DNA of 32,000 nucleotides. It comes from Candidatus Saccharimonadota bacterium. GTDB taxonomy: Bacteria; Patescibacteriota; Saccharimonadia; Saccharimonadales; Saccharimonadaceae. The position numbers were made by a program, and so were the translations under genes. The notes beneath the pieces were generated by a model. That model was not told the origin of the DNA. It did no database searches and was given only the letters and a program-made list of their open reading frames with translations. This document shows, one piece after another, positions 25,704-32,000 of the stretch (its first letter is position 1; every line of letters starts with the position of its first letter). The stretch spans positions 90,001-122,000 of the forward strand of contig JAIUPJ010000001.1 of assembly GCA_020160975.1 (NCBI GenBank). The letters are read 5' to 3'.

Positions 25704-25983
25704 TACTCCCATCTGTTGACGAGACACTCCTGTTGTGATACATTTGTATGTAGACATTGCCAAAGACAGTAGCGGGTGAATAATCGCCGATAAGAAGCTA
25801 CCGAGGGAATTACATTCTTTCAGAAGTCTTTGCGCGTAGGTGCAGAGATTTTTTATTTCGCAGTGGTCTACCTTAACAATGTGGTCGAACAGAATTACAC
25901 CTTTTAACAAAGCTAACCTAGAAAGTTGTCATGATGACGAAAGTCATCGTGGCGGGTTTCGGCAAAAAGGAGAAGATTATCCC

Positions 25984-26508
25984 ATGGCTATCACCAAGGA
26001 TAAAAAACAAGCTTTGGTAAATGAACTAACTGAACTGTTGGCAGACGCCAAGGGAACAGCATTTGCTGCCTACAACGGCACGAGTGTTGCAGACCTCCAG
26101 GCGCTCCGTCGCAAGGCTCGCGAATCTGGCGTGACGATCAAAGTCGTCAAGAACCGCCTGGTACGCGTTGCATTGAGTGACAACAAGACCTACAAAGATA
26201 CTGATACTTCAGGTCTCGTAGGCCAGTTGCTCTACGCATTTAGTGCCGATGACGAAGTGATGCCAGCGAAAGTACTAAACGACTTTGCCAAAACCAACCC
26301 AAGCCTCGTGCTTGCCGGTGGATTTAGCGGCGAAGGTATTGCTCAGAACGCAAGCGATGTCACTGCACTCGCTGGCCTGCCAAGCAAGAACCAACTCATC
26401 GCCGAAGTTGTCGCTCAACTGCTTTCACCAGTTCACGATGTCACCAACGCGCTTTCTGGCAACCTTCATGCGTTGCTCGATGGCGTCGAGGCCAAAGCGA
26501 CTGCGTAA
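25984..26508 (+). CDS. rplJ: 50S ribosomal protein L10
   Basis: MAITKDKKQALVNELTELLADAKGTAFAAYNGTSVADLQALRRKARESGVTIKVVKNRLVRVAL. ATG follows AAAGGAGAAG. Confidence 0.95.
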   Translation: MAITKDKKQALVNELTELLADAKGTAFAAYNGTSVADLQALRRKARESGVTIKVVKNRLVRVALSDNKTYKDTDTSGLVGQLLYAFSADDEVMPAKVLNDFAKTNPSLVLAGGFSGEGIAQNASDVTALAGLPSKNQLIAEVVAQLLSPVHDVTNALSGNLHALLDGVEAKATA

Positions 26509-26615
26509 GCAGTCAACATTAGCTAGAACGTAGGAAAGTAGCTAGCGAGAAAGTATTTTGCTTTCTAGCTTCCAAACTTTCAAACTTTACCAATCTAACG
26601 ACAAAGGAGTCTATT

Positions 26616-26996
26616 ATGGCTGATATTGCAAAACTTGCAAAAGAACTTACAAGCCTTACCGTGCTTGAAGTAAACGAACTAAAGAACGTCCTCAAGGACG
26701 AATACGGCATCGAGCCAGCTGCTGCAGCTGTGGCTGTTGCTGGTCCTGCTGCTGGTGGCGACGCTGCCGCTGCTGCAGACGAAAAGACTGAATTTACTGT
26801 GACTCTCAAGGACGCAGGTGCGCAGAAAGTTGCTGTCATCAAGGCAGTCAAGGAAATCACCGGCCTCGGTCTTGGTGAAGCCAAAGCTCTTGTAGACAAC
26901 GCACCAAGCGCTATCCTCGAAAAAGCAGGCAAAGACGACGCTGAAAACGCCAAGAAGTCTCTCGAAGAAGCTGGCGCGAGCGTAGAATTGGCGTAG
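26616..26996 (+). CDS. rplL: 50S ribosomal protein L7/L12
   Basis: Ala-rich hinge plus C-terminal [27 protein letters not shown] ... [10 protein letters not shown]. Confidence 0.95.
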   Translation: MADIAKLAKELTSLTVLEVNELKNVLKDEYGIEPAAAAVAVAGPAAGGDAAAAADEKTEFTVTLKDAGAQKVAVIKAVKEITGLGLGEAKALVDNAPSAILEKAGKDDAENAKKSLEEAGASVELA

Positions 26997-27116
26997 GGGC
27001 TCCGCTCCTCCAGCCGTTCTTCGAAGTAACTTCGCAGAACGGCTTCCACCCCGCTAAAGCCGATGCAGGGCATCGTTGCCTACAGCGGGCAATCAATCGA
27101 CCACATGTTAGCAATC

Positions 27117-27143
27117 TCACCCCTAGTAATAGGGGTGTTTTTG
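27117..27143 (+). terminator. Rho-independent terminator after rplL
   Basis: CACCCCCT / AGGGGTG stem with a 1-nt bulge, followed by TTTTT. An additional hairpin at 27013-27043 (GCCGTTCT..AGAACGGC) precedes it. Confidence 0.7.
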
Positions 27144-27163
27144 TTGCAGTATGTTGTAATCTA

Positions 27164-27192
27164 TTGACAAATACTAATACTTGTGCTATTAT
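27164..27192 (+). promoter_or_regulatory. Consensus promoter
   Basis: TTGACA (27164-27169) N17 TATTAT (27187-27192) with TGc. Confidence 0.6.
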
Positions 27193-27242
27193 GTATACTC
27201 AGAAAGTCACCCATCCATCCCACAACGAAGTAGGAGAATTCA

Positions 27243-27755
27243 GTGGCTCGCACCACCAACACCCGTCGCCCCCAGAGGCCCAAGGCTGACAAGTTCGGTC
27301 TGGTGTTCGACAGCAATGTCGGCAAGCAGTACCGCAAGATAAAGCGTGACGACAACAACTCGGCACGTCCGCAGCGCAGCCCTCACTACATGGAGTACTT
27401 CGTACTTCGCGGTCGGCGCATTCGCGATGATGCGGCCACCTGGGGATGTCACGAGCTCCTCGACGAAGTCGAGAGCTGCAGTGTCCAGCCGAGCACCCTA
27501 CGCGTGCCTCGGCGGTACTCGACCAAGACCCCCGCCAAGGTGGTCAACGCGCCGGTGCCGCTCAATCGGAGCTTCGAACTGCCAGTCAAGACTCGGTTCT
27601 CCGAGTTGCGACGCAGTCGGCTCAGCGATGCCGAGCTAGCCAAGCTGCTGCCGTCACACATCCGTGTGCGCCCGCAGCCGGCCAGGGTCACCTTGGAGCT
27701 CCCGAAGCACCTGCGGTGCCCGGAGGACGAGGAGCAGCGTTCGCCCTGCGCCTAG
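27243..27755 (+). CDS. Arg/Pro-rich basic hypothetical protein (170 aa), high-GC codon usage
   Basis: GTG 6 nt after AGGAGAA. 33 of the first 40 codons end in G/C (my count), so this frame rather than the overlapping ORFs is coding. No domain recognised. Confidence 0.55.
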   Translation: MARTTNTRRPQRPKADKFGLVFDSNVGKQYRKIKRDDNNSARPQRSPHYMEYFVLRGRRIRDDAATWGCHELLDEVESCSVQPSTLRVPRRYSTKTPAKVVNAPVPLNRSFELPVKTRFSELRRSRLSDAELAKLLPSHIRVRPQPARVTLELPKHLRCPEDEEQRSPCA

Positions 27756-27765
27756 GGCGAAACTT

Positions 27766-27813
27766 GCGGCCCGTTTCTTGCACTCAGTGCAGGAAGCGGG
27801 CCGCTTTCTATTT
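27766..27813 (+). terminator. Long GC-rich hairpin terminator
   Basis: 18-bp stem 27766-27783 / 27787-27804 (two G-U), loop TCA, followed by TTTCTATTT. Confidence 0.7.
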
Positions 27814-27873
27814 GTGTATATTTTTACAACGATTTTCTCTTCACCTCATATCTCACTGTGGAGAAAAAAGCCC

Positions 27874-27904
27874 TTGACTTTCACGCCCCCGAGCGGTATA
27901 TAAT
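27874..27904 (+). promoter_or_regulatory. Promoter candidate
   Basis: TTGACT (27874-27879), then TATATAAT at 27897-27904 (17- or 19-nt spacing). Confidence 0.4.
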
Positions 27905-27945
27905 GAGGGTATTACCAAACACAGACAAAGATTGCGAGAACTAAT

Positions 27946-28461
27946 ATGTCTGAATTACCAGAAAAACAAGTCAAGCGACTCAAATCGCTGATTCAAGAGG
28001 CGGAGACCAACCTAGCCGCTGCCAAAGAACTACTGATGAGCATCATGGGCGACGATGGCCATGCTATCACCCCAACCAATAGCCGCGAAGAAGTCAGCGG
28101 CAAGGTGATCGAAGGTGTCTTCGATGGCCAAGTCATGATTGGCCCCGACGGCAAGAGCTATCCAGTGCCTGCCAACTATGCGAGCAAGAGCAAGCTAGTC
28201 GAAGGCGACATTTTGAAACTCACCATCGCCGATGACGGCGGCTTTATCTACAAGCAGATTGGCCCAGTCCCACGCAAACAGATTATCGGTACTCTGGTGC
28301 AACACGACGGTGCCTACTATGTAGAGGCCAGCGGGCGCGAATACAGGATTCTCCTCGCCAGTGTGACCTATTTCCGTATCAATATCGGTGACCAAGTCAC
28401 TATCATCGTGCCAGAGGACAATCCTGAGGCAGTGTGGGCAGCAGTAGAGGCGGCGCTGTAG
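27946..28461 (+). CDS. Hypothetical protein (171 aa): N-terminal helix plus two small beta-rich modules
   Basis: Clean ORF with average composition. GPDGKSYPVPANYASKSKLVEGDILKL and NIGDQVTIIVPED look like repeated small barrel modules. No family name that I can support. Confidence 0.6.
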   Translation: MSELPEKQVKRLKSLIQEAETNLAAAKELLMSIMGDDGHAITPTNSREEVSGKVIEGVFDGQVMIGPDGKSYPVPANYASKSKLVEGDILKLTIADDGGFIYKQIGPVPRKQIIGTLVQHDGAYYVEASGREYRILLASVTYFRINIGDQVTIIVPEDNPEAVWAAVEAAL

Positions 28462-28552
28462 TAGCAAGCCAATGAGGGAGCCAAGATAGCTTCCCTCATC
28501 GCGCCGAGAATAACATTCCGTTATTCTCGAGCTACTCTTTCCTAACGGTTAT

Positions 28553-28589
28553 AAAAACGATGCAGAAGTAAATTCTGACATCGTTTTTT
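28553..28589 (+). terminator. Rho-independent terminator
   Basis: ACGATGCAGAA / TTCTG-a-CATCGT stem followed by TTTTTT. Preceded by two further hairpins, 28472-28499 and 28505-28529. Confidence 0.75.
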
Positions 28590-28641
28590 CTACCCTGAGA
28601 CGAAAATAACGGGATGCTTTCGAAACGGAGGGCATGAAGAT

Positions 28642-28670
28642 TTGACACTGGTTTTTCCGTAGTTCATAAT
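28642..28670 (+). promoter_or_regulatory. Promoter of leaderless orphan gene
   Basis: TTGACA (28642-28647) N17 CATAAT (28665-28670). ATG 28678 is 7 nt downstream. Confidence 0.6.
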
Positions 28671-28677
28671 TAATCAC

Positions 28678-29166
28678 ATGAAAGCTCATGACAACGTCGT
28701 TGATTTGTCGAGTGAGCCGCTGGGGAGTCGCTATATTTGGCCTGCGCCCGATATCCTGCGTACCAGCGAATCTTCAGACCCTACTGAGCTTGCCGTCTCG
28801 GGACAGCGCGAACTCAAGCTGGGGCAGGCACTGTGCCGGCTTGGGTCGCCGAGCATTATGATCTTTAACGCCCTGCAAACACTCACCGAGCAGCAGGGGC
28901 GCGAAGCATCGTTTGCATGGGAAGATATCGAACGCGAGTTACGGAATGAAAGGTATGGGTTCAACCAGTATCATCGATTTTATAATGTCGCGGCGATACG
29001 ACTCTCACAATATCTCGGCTATCTTGCTCAAGTATCTGGTAATCCCTTCGATGCCGTTGTCCGTTCAGAGCCTCGAAATGCTGAGCAAACGCACAGCACC
29101 GGTAACCCGTATCTGTACAGCTTTAATCCTTCTCTCCAAATCAAAGACGAACGCCCGCAATTGTAA
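28678..29166 (+). CDS. Hypothetical protein (162 aa)
   Basis: ORF with its own promoter. No domain recognised. Confidence 0.55.
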   Translation: MKAHDNVVDLSSEPLGSRYIWPAPDILRTSESSDPTELAVSGQRELKLGQALCRLGSPSIMIFNALQTLTEQQGREASFAWEDIERELRNERYGFNQYHRFYNVAAIRLSQYLGYLAQVSGNPFDAVVRSEPRNAEQTHSTGNPYLYSFNPSLQIKDERPQL

Positions 29167-29191
29167 CGTCTGTCCGCCGCTGGAGTGTGCG

Positions 29192-29300
29192 CCTATATCT
29201 TAAAACCTCCTCTCTTCACGCCGTACAGCGACTGCAACCCGAGACACAAAGTGGCTCGGCGTGAAAGGGAGTGTGAAGAGAGGAGGTTTTTAGATATAGG
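29192..29300 (+). repeat. Copy 2 of the structured repeat (long hairpin, core CCGTACAGCGACTGCAAC at 29221-29238)
   Basis: 28-nt arms 29192-29219 / 29273-29300 pair with one mismatch. Inner hairpin CCGAG-a-CAC / GTG-g-CTCGG. Confidence 0.8.
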
Positions 29301-29315
29301 ATGTAGAGCCTGAGT

Positions 29316-29413
29316 CTCAAAACCTCCCACTCCACACCCCCCTACGCGCCTGATATCTCTTACAGAGACACCAGGGCTGCAGTCGCTTTACGGTGTGTCG
29401 GAGAGGTTTTGAG
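29316..29413 (-). repeat. Copy 3 of the structured repeat, inverted orientation
   Basis: The plus strand carries GCTGCAGTCGCTTTACGG (29376-29393), the reverse complement of the core. Closest relative of copy 1. Confidence 0.8.
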
Positions 29414-29430
29414 GTCTAGAGCGTAAAACC

Positions 29431-29459
29431 TTGACATTACGATAATTTTTTGCTATAAT
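29431..29459 (+). promoter_or_regulatory. Consensus promoter
   Basis: TTGACA (29431-29436) N17 TATAAT (29454-29459) with TGc. Confidence 0.65.
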
Positions 29460-29528
29460 AAATATTGAATTATCCACCACTCAGCTGTGCGGATAGTCCG
29501 CACCTATCAAGTAGAGAAGAGACCCCCG

Positions 29529-29984
29529 ATGGGAAACACCAGTGTTATCGAGTCACTCGAGGGCATCATGGACTACGTCCTTCGTCTCGAGCGGCAGATC
29601 GGTAACCTCGAGGCCATGCTCCGCATAGCGGAGGCGCGCACGGCGCAGCCGCACGCTTGCTACCGCGAGGGTTACGTCGATGCGTCGCGTCAGTTCGAAC
29701 AGATCGCCGGCCGCATCGGCAAGGCCTGGGGAGCTCGTGTCGACCCCGGCAAGAGTGCCTCGAAAAAGCCGAGCTCCGAGCTGCTCGCAAAGAGCATCGA
29801 CACGCTCGGTCTGCCGACGCGCATCACCAACCCGATGCACGTGAACAACATCCACACGATCGGCGACCTCATCAAGTGCGATGAGATTGACCTGATCACG
29901 ATGCGCAACTTCGGTGAAGAGGCGCTCAAGAAGGTGGAGTCCGAACTTAGCAAGCTCGGGCTGTCCCTTCGCCGGAACGACTGA
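29529..29984 (+). CDS. Stand-alone protein with RNA polymerase alpha-subunit C-terminal-domain-like (HhH) module
   Basis: LLAKSIDTLGLPTRITNPMHVNNIHTIGDLIKCDEIDLITMRNFGEEALKKVESELSKLGLSL aligns by eye with E. coli RpoA CTD ([62 protein letters not shown]). 32 of the first 40 codons end in G/C. Start is uncertain: ATG 29529 preferred over GTG 29487, which lies inside a perfect hairpin. Confidence 0.65.
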   Translation: MGNTSVIESLEGIMDYVLRLERQIGNLEAMLRIAEARTAQPHACYREGYVDASRQFEQIAGRIGKAWGARVDPGKSASKKPSSELLAKSIDTLGLPTRITNPMHVNNIHTIGDLIKCDEIDLITMRNFGEEALKKVESELSKLGLSLRRND

Positions 29985-30008
29985 ACCACCCCGCCTCTAG
30001 CGGTTGAG

Positions 30009-30045
30009 ACCCCGTCTCCCGCTGCATGAGGCGGGGTTTCAATTT
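30009..30045 (+). terminator. GC-rich hairpin terminator candidate
   Basis: ACCCCGTCTC (30009-30018) / GAGGCGGGGT (30028-30037), then TTCAATTT. The 3' arm can alternatively pair perfectly with ACCCCGCCTC at 29988-29997. Confidence 0.5.
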
Positions 30046-30110
30046 GCGTGCGAACGTATCGACCAAATCTACAACAGACAGCCGTCACCAAAGCAGCTAT
30101 AATGAGAGCA

Positions 30111-31517
30111 ATGGGGCAGGCGTTATATAGGAAATATCGGAGCAAATCGCTCGACGAGATCGTCGGGCAGTCGCATATTACCGATATGCTGCGTCGTGCG
30201 ATCAAAGCCGACAAAATCGCCCACGCCTACCTACTAACCGGGCCGAGGGGAGTTGGCAAAACGTCAATCGCTCGAATATTGGCGCACGAAATCAATCAGT
30301 TACCATACAGCGACGAATCAGTTCACCTTGATATTATCGAAATCGATGCCGCGAGCAACAACTCGGTGGAGGACATCCGTGACCTGAGAGAGCGCGTGCA
30401 GATCGCCCCGACCAGTGCTCGCAAAAAAGTCTACATCATCGATGAAGTTCATATGCTGTCTAAGCCGGCGTTCAATGCGCTCCTCAAAACGCTCGAGGAG
30501 CCGCCAGAGCATGTGGTATTTATCCTGGCAACAACTGATGTCGACAAACTCCCAGCCACAATCATCAGCCGTTTGCAGCGCTATAACTTTCGTACCATTC
30601 ACCCCAATGATGCCACACGCCACTTGCGTACCATCGCTAATGCAGAGCGGATCGATATCGACGATGCAGCGCTGGCGCTAATCGCACGCCATGGCAACGG
30701 CAGCTTCCGCGATAGCATCAGCTTGCTCGACCAATTGCAGCATCTTAGCGACGGTGCGATCGACCAAACGCTGGTCGAACAAGTACTTGGCCTAGCCGAT
30801 CACGAGCGTCTTGCTGGGTTAATCGATGCCGCGATGGCCGGCGACCTGAAGACGCTGGTTCAGATCCTCGATGACAGCGAAAAGCGCGGCATGTCAGCGA
30901 TCATCCTAACCGGGCAGCTCATCCACTATGTGAGCAGTCAGGTATTGCAGCGGCCTGCATTGCTGCCGCTGCTCGACCAGCTTCTGGAAGTCAGCAAAAG
31001 TGCCTGGCCGCAAGTAAAATTGCTAACCGCGCTCGGTTCTGTTGCACCAGCTAAGAAACCTGCACTCGACAAACCCGCTGAACCTATTCAATCGACAGCC
31101 CCAACACCGACTAACAAGGCAGCCGCTCCTACGGACAACACGGCAAAAGCTGCTGCAACTGTAGCCGCAGCAGACCCGCAGCCATCCGACACTCAGCCTC
31201 CAGCCACACCGCTCACGTCGTCAACGGTATTCGTGTGGGATGACTTTTTGTCTACCGTGCGTGCCTCTGCACCAGGCGCGGCGGCATTGCTCGCAAAGTG
31301 TGGCTATGACTGCCAAAACGATCAACTGACGATATATGCCGGCAAAAAGTTCGCCAAGACGCAGCTCGACAAAGCGGCACCCGCCCTCTACGCTGCGCTG
31401 CAATCGACAGGTTTTACGGGATCACTGGAAGTTGTGCCAGAGCCGGCGCCCCCATCTAATAGCCAAGCAGCAGCTGTTCTTGATATCATGGGCGGAGGAG
31501 AAGAGGTGAGTTTGTAA
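30111..31517 (+). CDS. dnaX: DNA polymerase III subunit gamma/tau
   Basis: ALYRKYRSKSLDEIVGQSHITDMLRRAIKADKIAHAYLLTGPRGVGKTS ... YIIDEVHMLS ... SRLQRY. ATG 30111 lies 7 nt after TATAAT (30098-30103). ATG 30102 is an alternative start. Confidence 0.9.
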   Translation: MGQALYRKYRSKSLDEIVGQSHITDMLRRAIKADKIAHAYLLTGPRGVGKTSIARILAHEINQLPYSDESVHLDIIEIDAASNNSVEDIRDLRERVQIAPTSARKKVYIIDEVHMLSKPAFNALLKTLEEPPEHVVFILATTDVDKLPATIISRLQRYNFRTIHPNDATRHLRTIANAERIDIDDAALALIARHGNGSFRDSISLLDQLQHLSDGAIDQTLVEQVLGLADHERLAGLIDAAMAGDLKTLVQILDDSEKRGMSAIILTGQLIHYVSSQVLQRPALLPLLDQLLEVSKSAWPQVKLLTALGSVAPAKKPALDKPAEPIQSTAPTPTNKAAAPTDNTAKAAATVAAADPQPSDTQPPATPLTSSTVFVWDDFLSTVRASAPGAAALLAKCGYDCQNDQLTIYAGKKFAKTQLDKAAPALYAALQSTGFTGSLEVVPEPAPPSNSQAAAVLDIMGGGEEVSL

Positions 31518-31518
31518 T

Positions 31519-32000
31519 ATGGCTGAGAAAAAAACCGTCACTGCTGGCAGAGTACCGCCGCAAAGTCTCGACGCCGAGATGTCTCTTCTTGGTGCGGTGT
31601 TGATCGATGAAGAGGTGCTGGCCGATGTCAGCGAGATCGTTCGCTCACATGACTTTTATGACAAACGCCACCAGATAATTTTTGCCGCCATGACGCGTCT
31701 ATACGAGCGACACAAGCCAGTTGATCTACTGACACTCACCGAAGAACTAAAGAAAAAGTCCGAACTAGAAGCCATCGGCGGATCGGCGTTTTTGACCGAG
31801 CTCACCAACTATGTCCCTACTGCCGCCCACGCCGACGCCTACGCGGAGCTGGTTGAACAAAAAGCGATTCGCCGTCGTCTCATCAAAGCTAGCGCTGACA
31901 TCTCCGAGCTTGGGTACGACGAAGAGACGACTGCCCAGGAGCTGCTCGAAAAAGCCGAAGCAGAATTGTTTAGTGTCTCTGACCAATCACTCAAACAAGA
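31519..32000 (+). CDS. dnaB: Replicative DNA helicase DnaB (5' part, runs off the window)
   Basis: My translation: MAEKKTVTAGRVPPQSLDAEMSLLGAVLIDEEVLADVSEIVRSHDFYDKRHQIIFAAMTRLYERHKPVDLLTLTEEL. This is a canonical DnaB N-terminal domain. Absent from the ORF track because no stop lies within the window. Confidence 0.9.
   Translation, partial: MAEKKTVTAGRVPPQSLDAEMSLLGAVLIDEEVLADVSEIVRSHDFYDKRHQIIFAAMTRLYERHKPVDLLTLTEELKKKSELEAIGGSAFLTELTNYVPTAAHADAYAELVEQKAIRRRLIKASADISELGYDEETTAQELLEKAEAELFSVSDQSLKQ

Noticed and set aside
26519-27073. 184-aa minus-strand ORF overlapping rplL
   Set aside because: It is antisense to an unmistakable L7/L12 gene. The open frame is a by-product of the Ala-rich GCN repeats, and the product is low-complexity Ala/Ser.
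27346-27877. Two alternative-frame plus-strand ORFs (97 and 143 aa) overlapping 27243-27755
   Set aside because: The third-position G/C bias is confined to the 27243 frame. Long off-frame ORFs are expected in GC-rich sequence.
29192-29413. Interpretation of the repeats as a MITE, integron attC site or CRISPR-like repeats
   Set aside because: No target-site duplications or conserved terminal inverted repeats are shared by all copies. The outer arms do not fit the attC GTTRRRY/RYYYAAC ends, and there is no integrase. With only three copies, of unequal spacing and mixed orientation, this is not an array. The MITE option is not fully excluded without genome-wide data.
29690-30214. 174-aa minus-strand ORF spanning the alpha-CTD-like gene, its terminator and the dnaX start
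   Set aside because: It runs through a terminator hairpin and a promoter. Codon bias supports the plus-strand frames instead.
1-32000. Search for CRISPR arrays, rRNA, tRNA, transposases, integrases, restriction-modification or other named defence genes
   Set aside because: None found by reading both strands. The compositional mosaic is therefore unexplained by any visible mobility gene in this window.

Overview
32-kb chromosomal window from a bacterium with a Gram-positive-type envelope toolkit: an LPXTG sortase substrate, an LCP ligase, and LysM-CHAP and M15 peptidoglycan hydrolases. The small genes, many orphans and broken ribosomal-protein synteny fit a reduced-genome lineage such as Saccharibacteria/Patescibacteria, but that is an untested inference. 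Layout: (i) 1-7401 is a tightly packed, AT-rich + strand polysaccharide locus (GT tail, EpsG-like polymerase, two GT2, pyruvyl transferase, Wzx flippase, VanZ, LCP). (ii) 7435-12967 holds an NAD(P)-binding protein, an LPXTG surface protein, a P-loop kinase/DUF45 metallopeptidase pair and a PAS histidine kinase. (iii) 13440-27000 holds the universal secE-nusG-rplK-rplA-rplJ-rplL cluster, split three times by inserted genes: two orphans; an M15 peptidase, non-coding DNA and LysM-CHAP; and HIT, a wHTH/Nudix-like regulator, thyA-dcd-tmk and an orphan. (iv) In 27000-30100, rplL is followed not by rpoBC but by four unknown genes, one with an RNA polymerase alpha-CTD-like domain. (v) dnaX and the start of dnaB close the window. 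I found no rRNA, tRNA, CRISPR array, transposase, integrase or recognisable defence system. The points most worth follow-up are these. A ~100-nt structured repeat occurs in three copies, with a conserved core and compensatory stem changes. Small islets of very high GC3 each end in a GC-rich hairpin with little or no T-tract, suggesting transfer from a high-GC donor. A stand-alone alpha-CTD-like protein lies in one of them. An orphan consensus promoter is followed by ~370 nt of structured sequence or a GTG leaderless ORF. Finally, accessory genes systematically start 6-8 nt after a consensus -10 box (leaderless). All family calls rest on motif recognition by eye; no searches were run.
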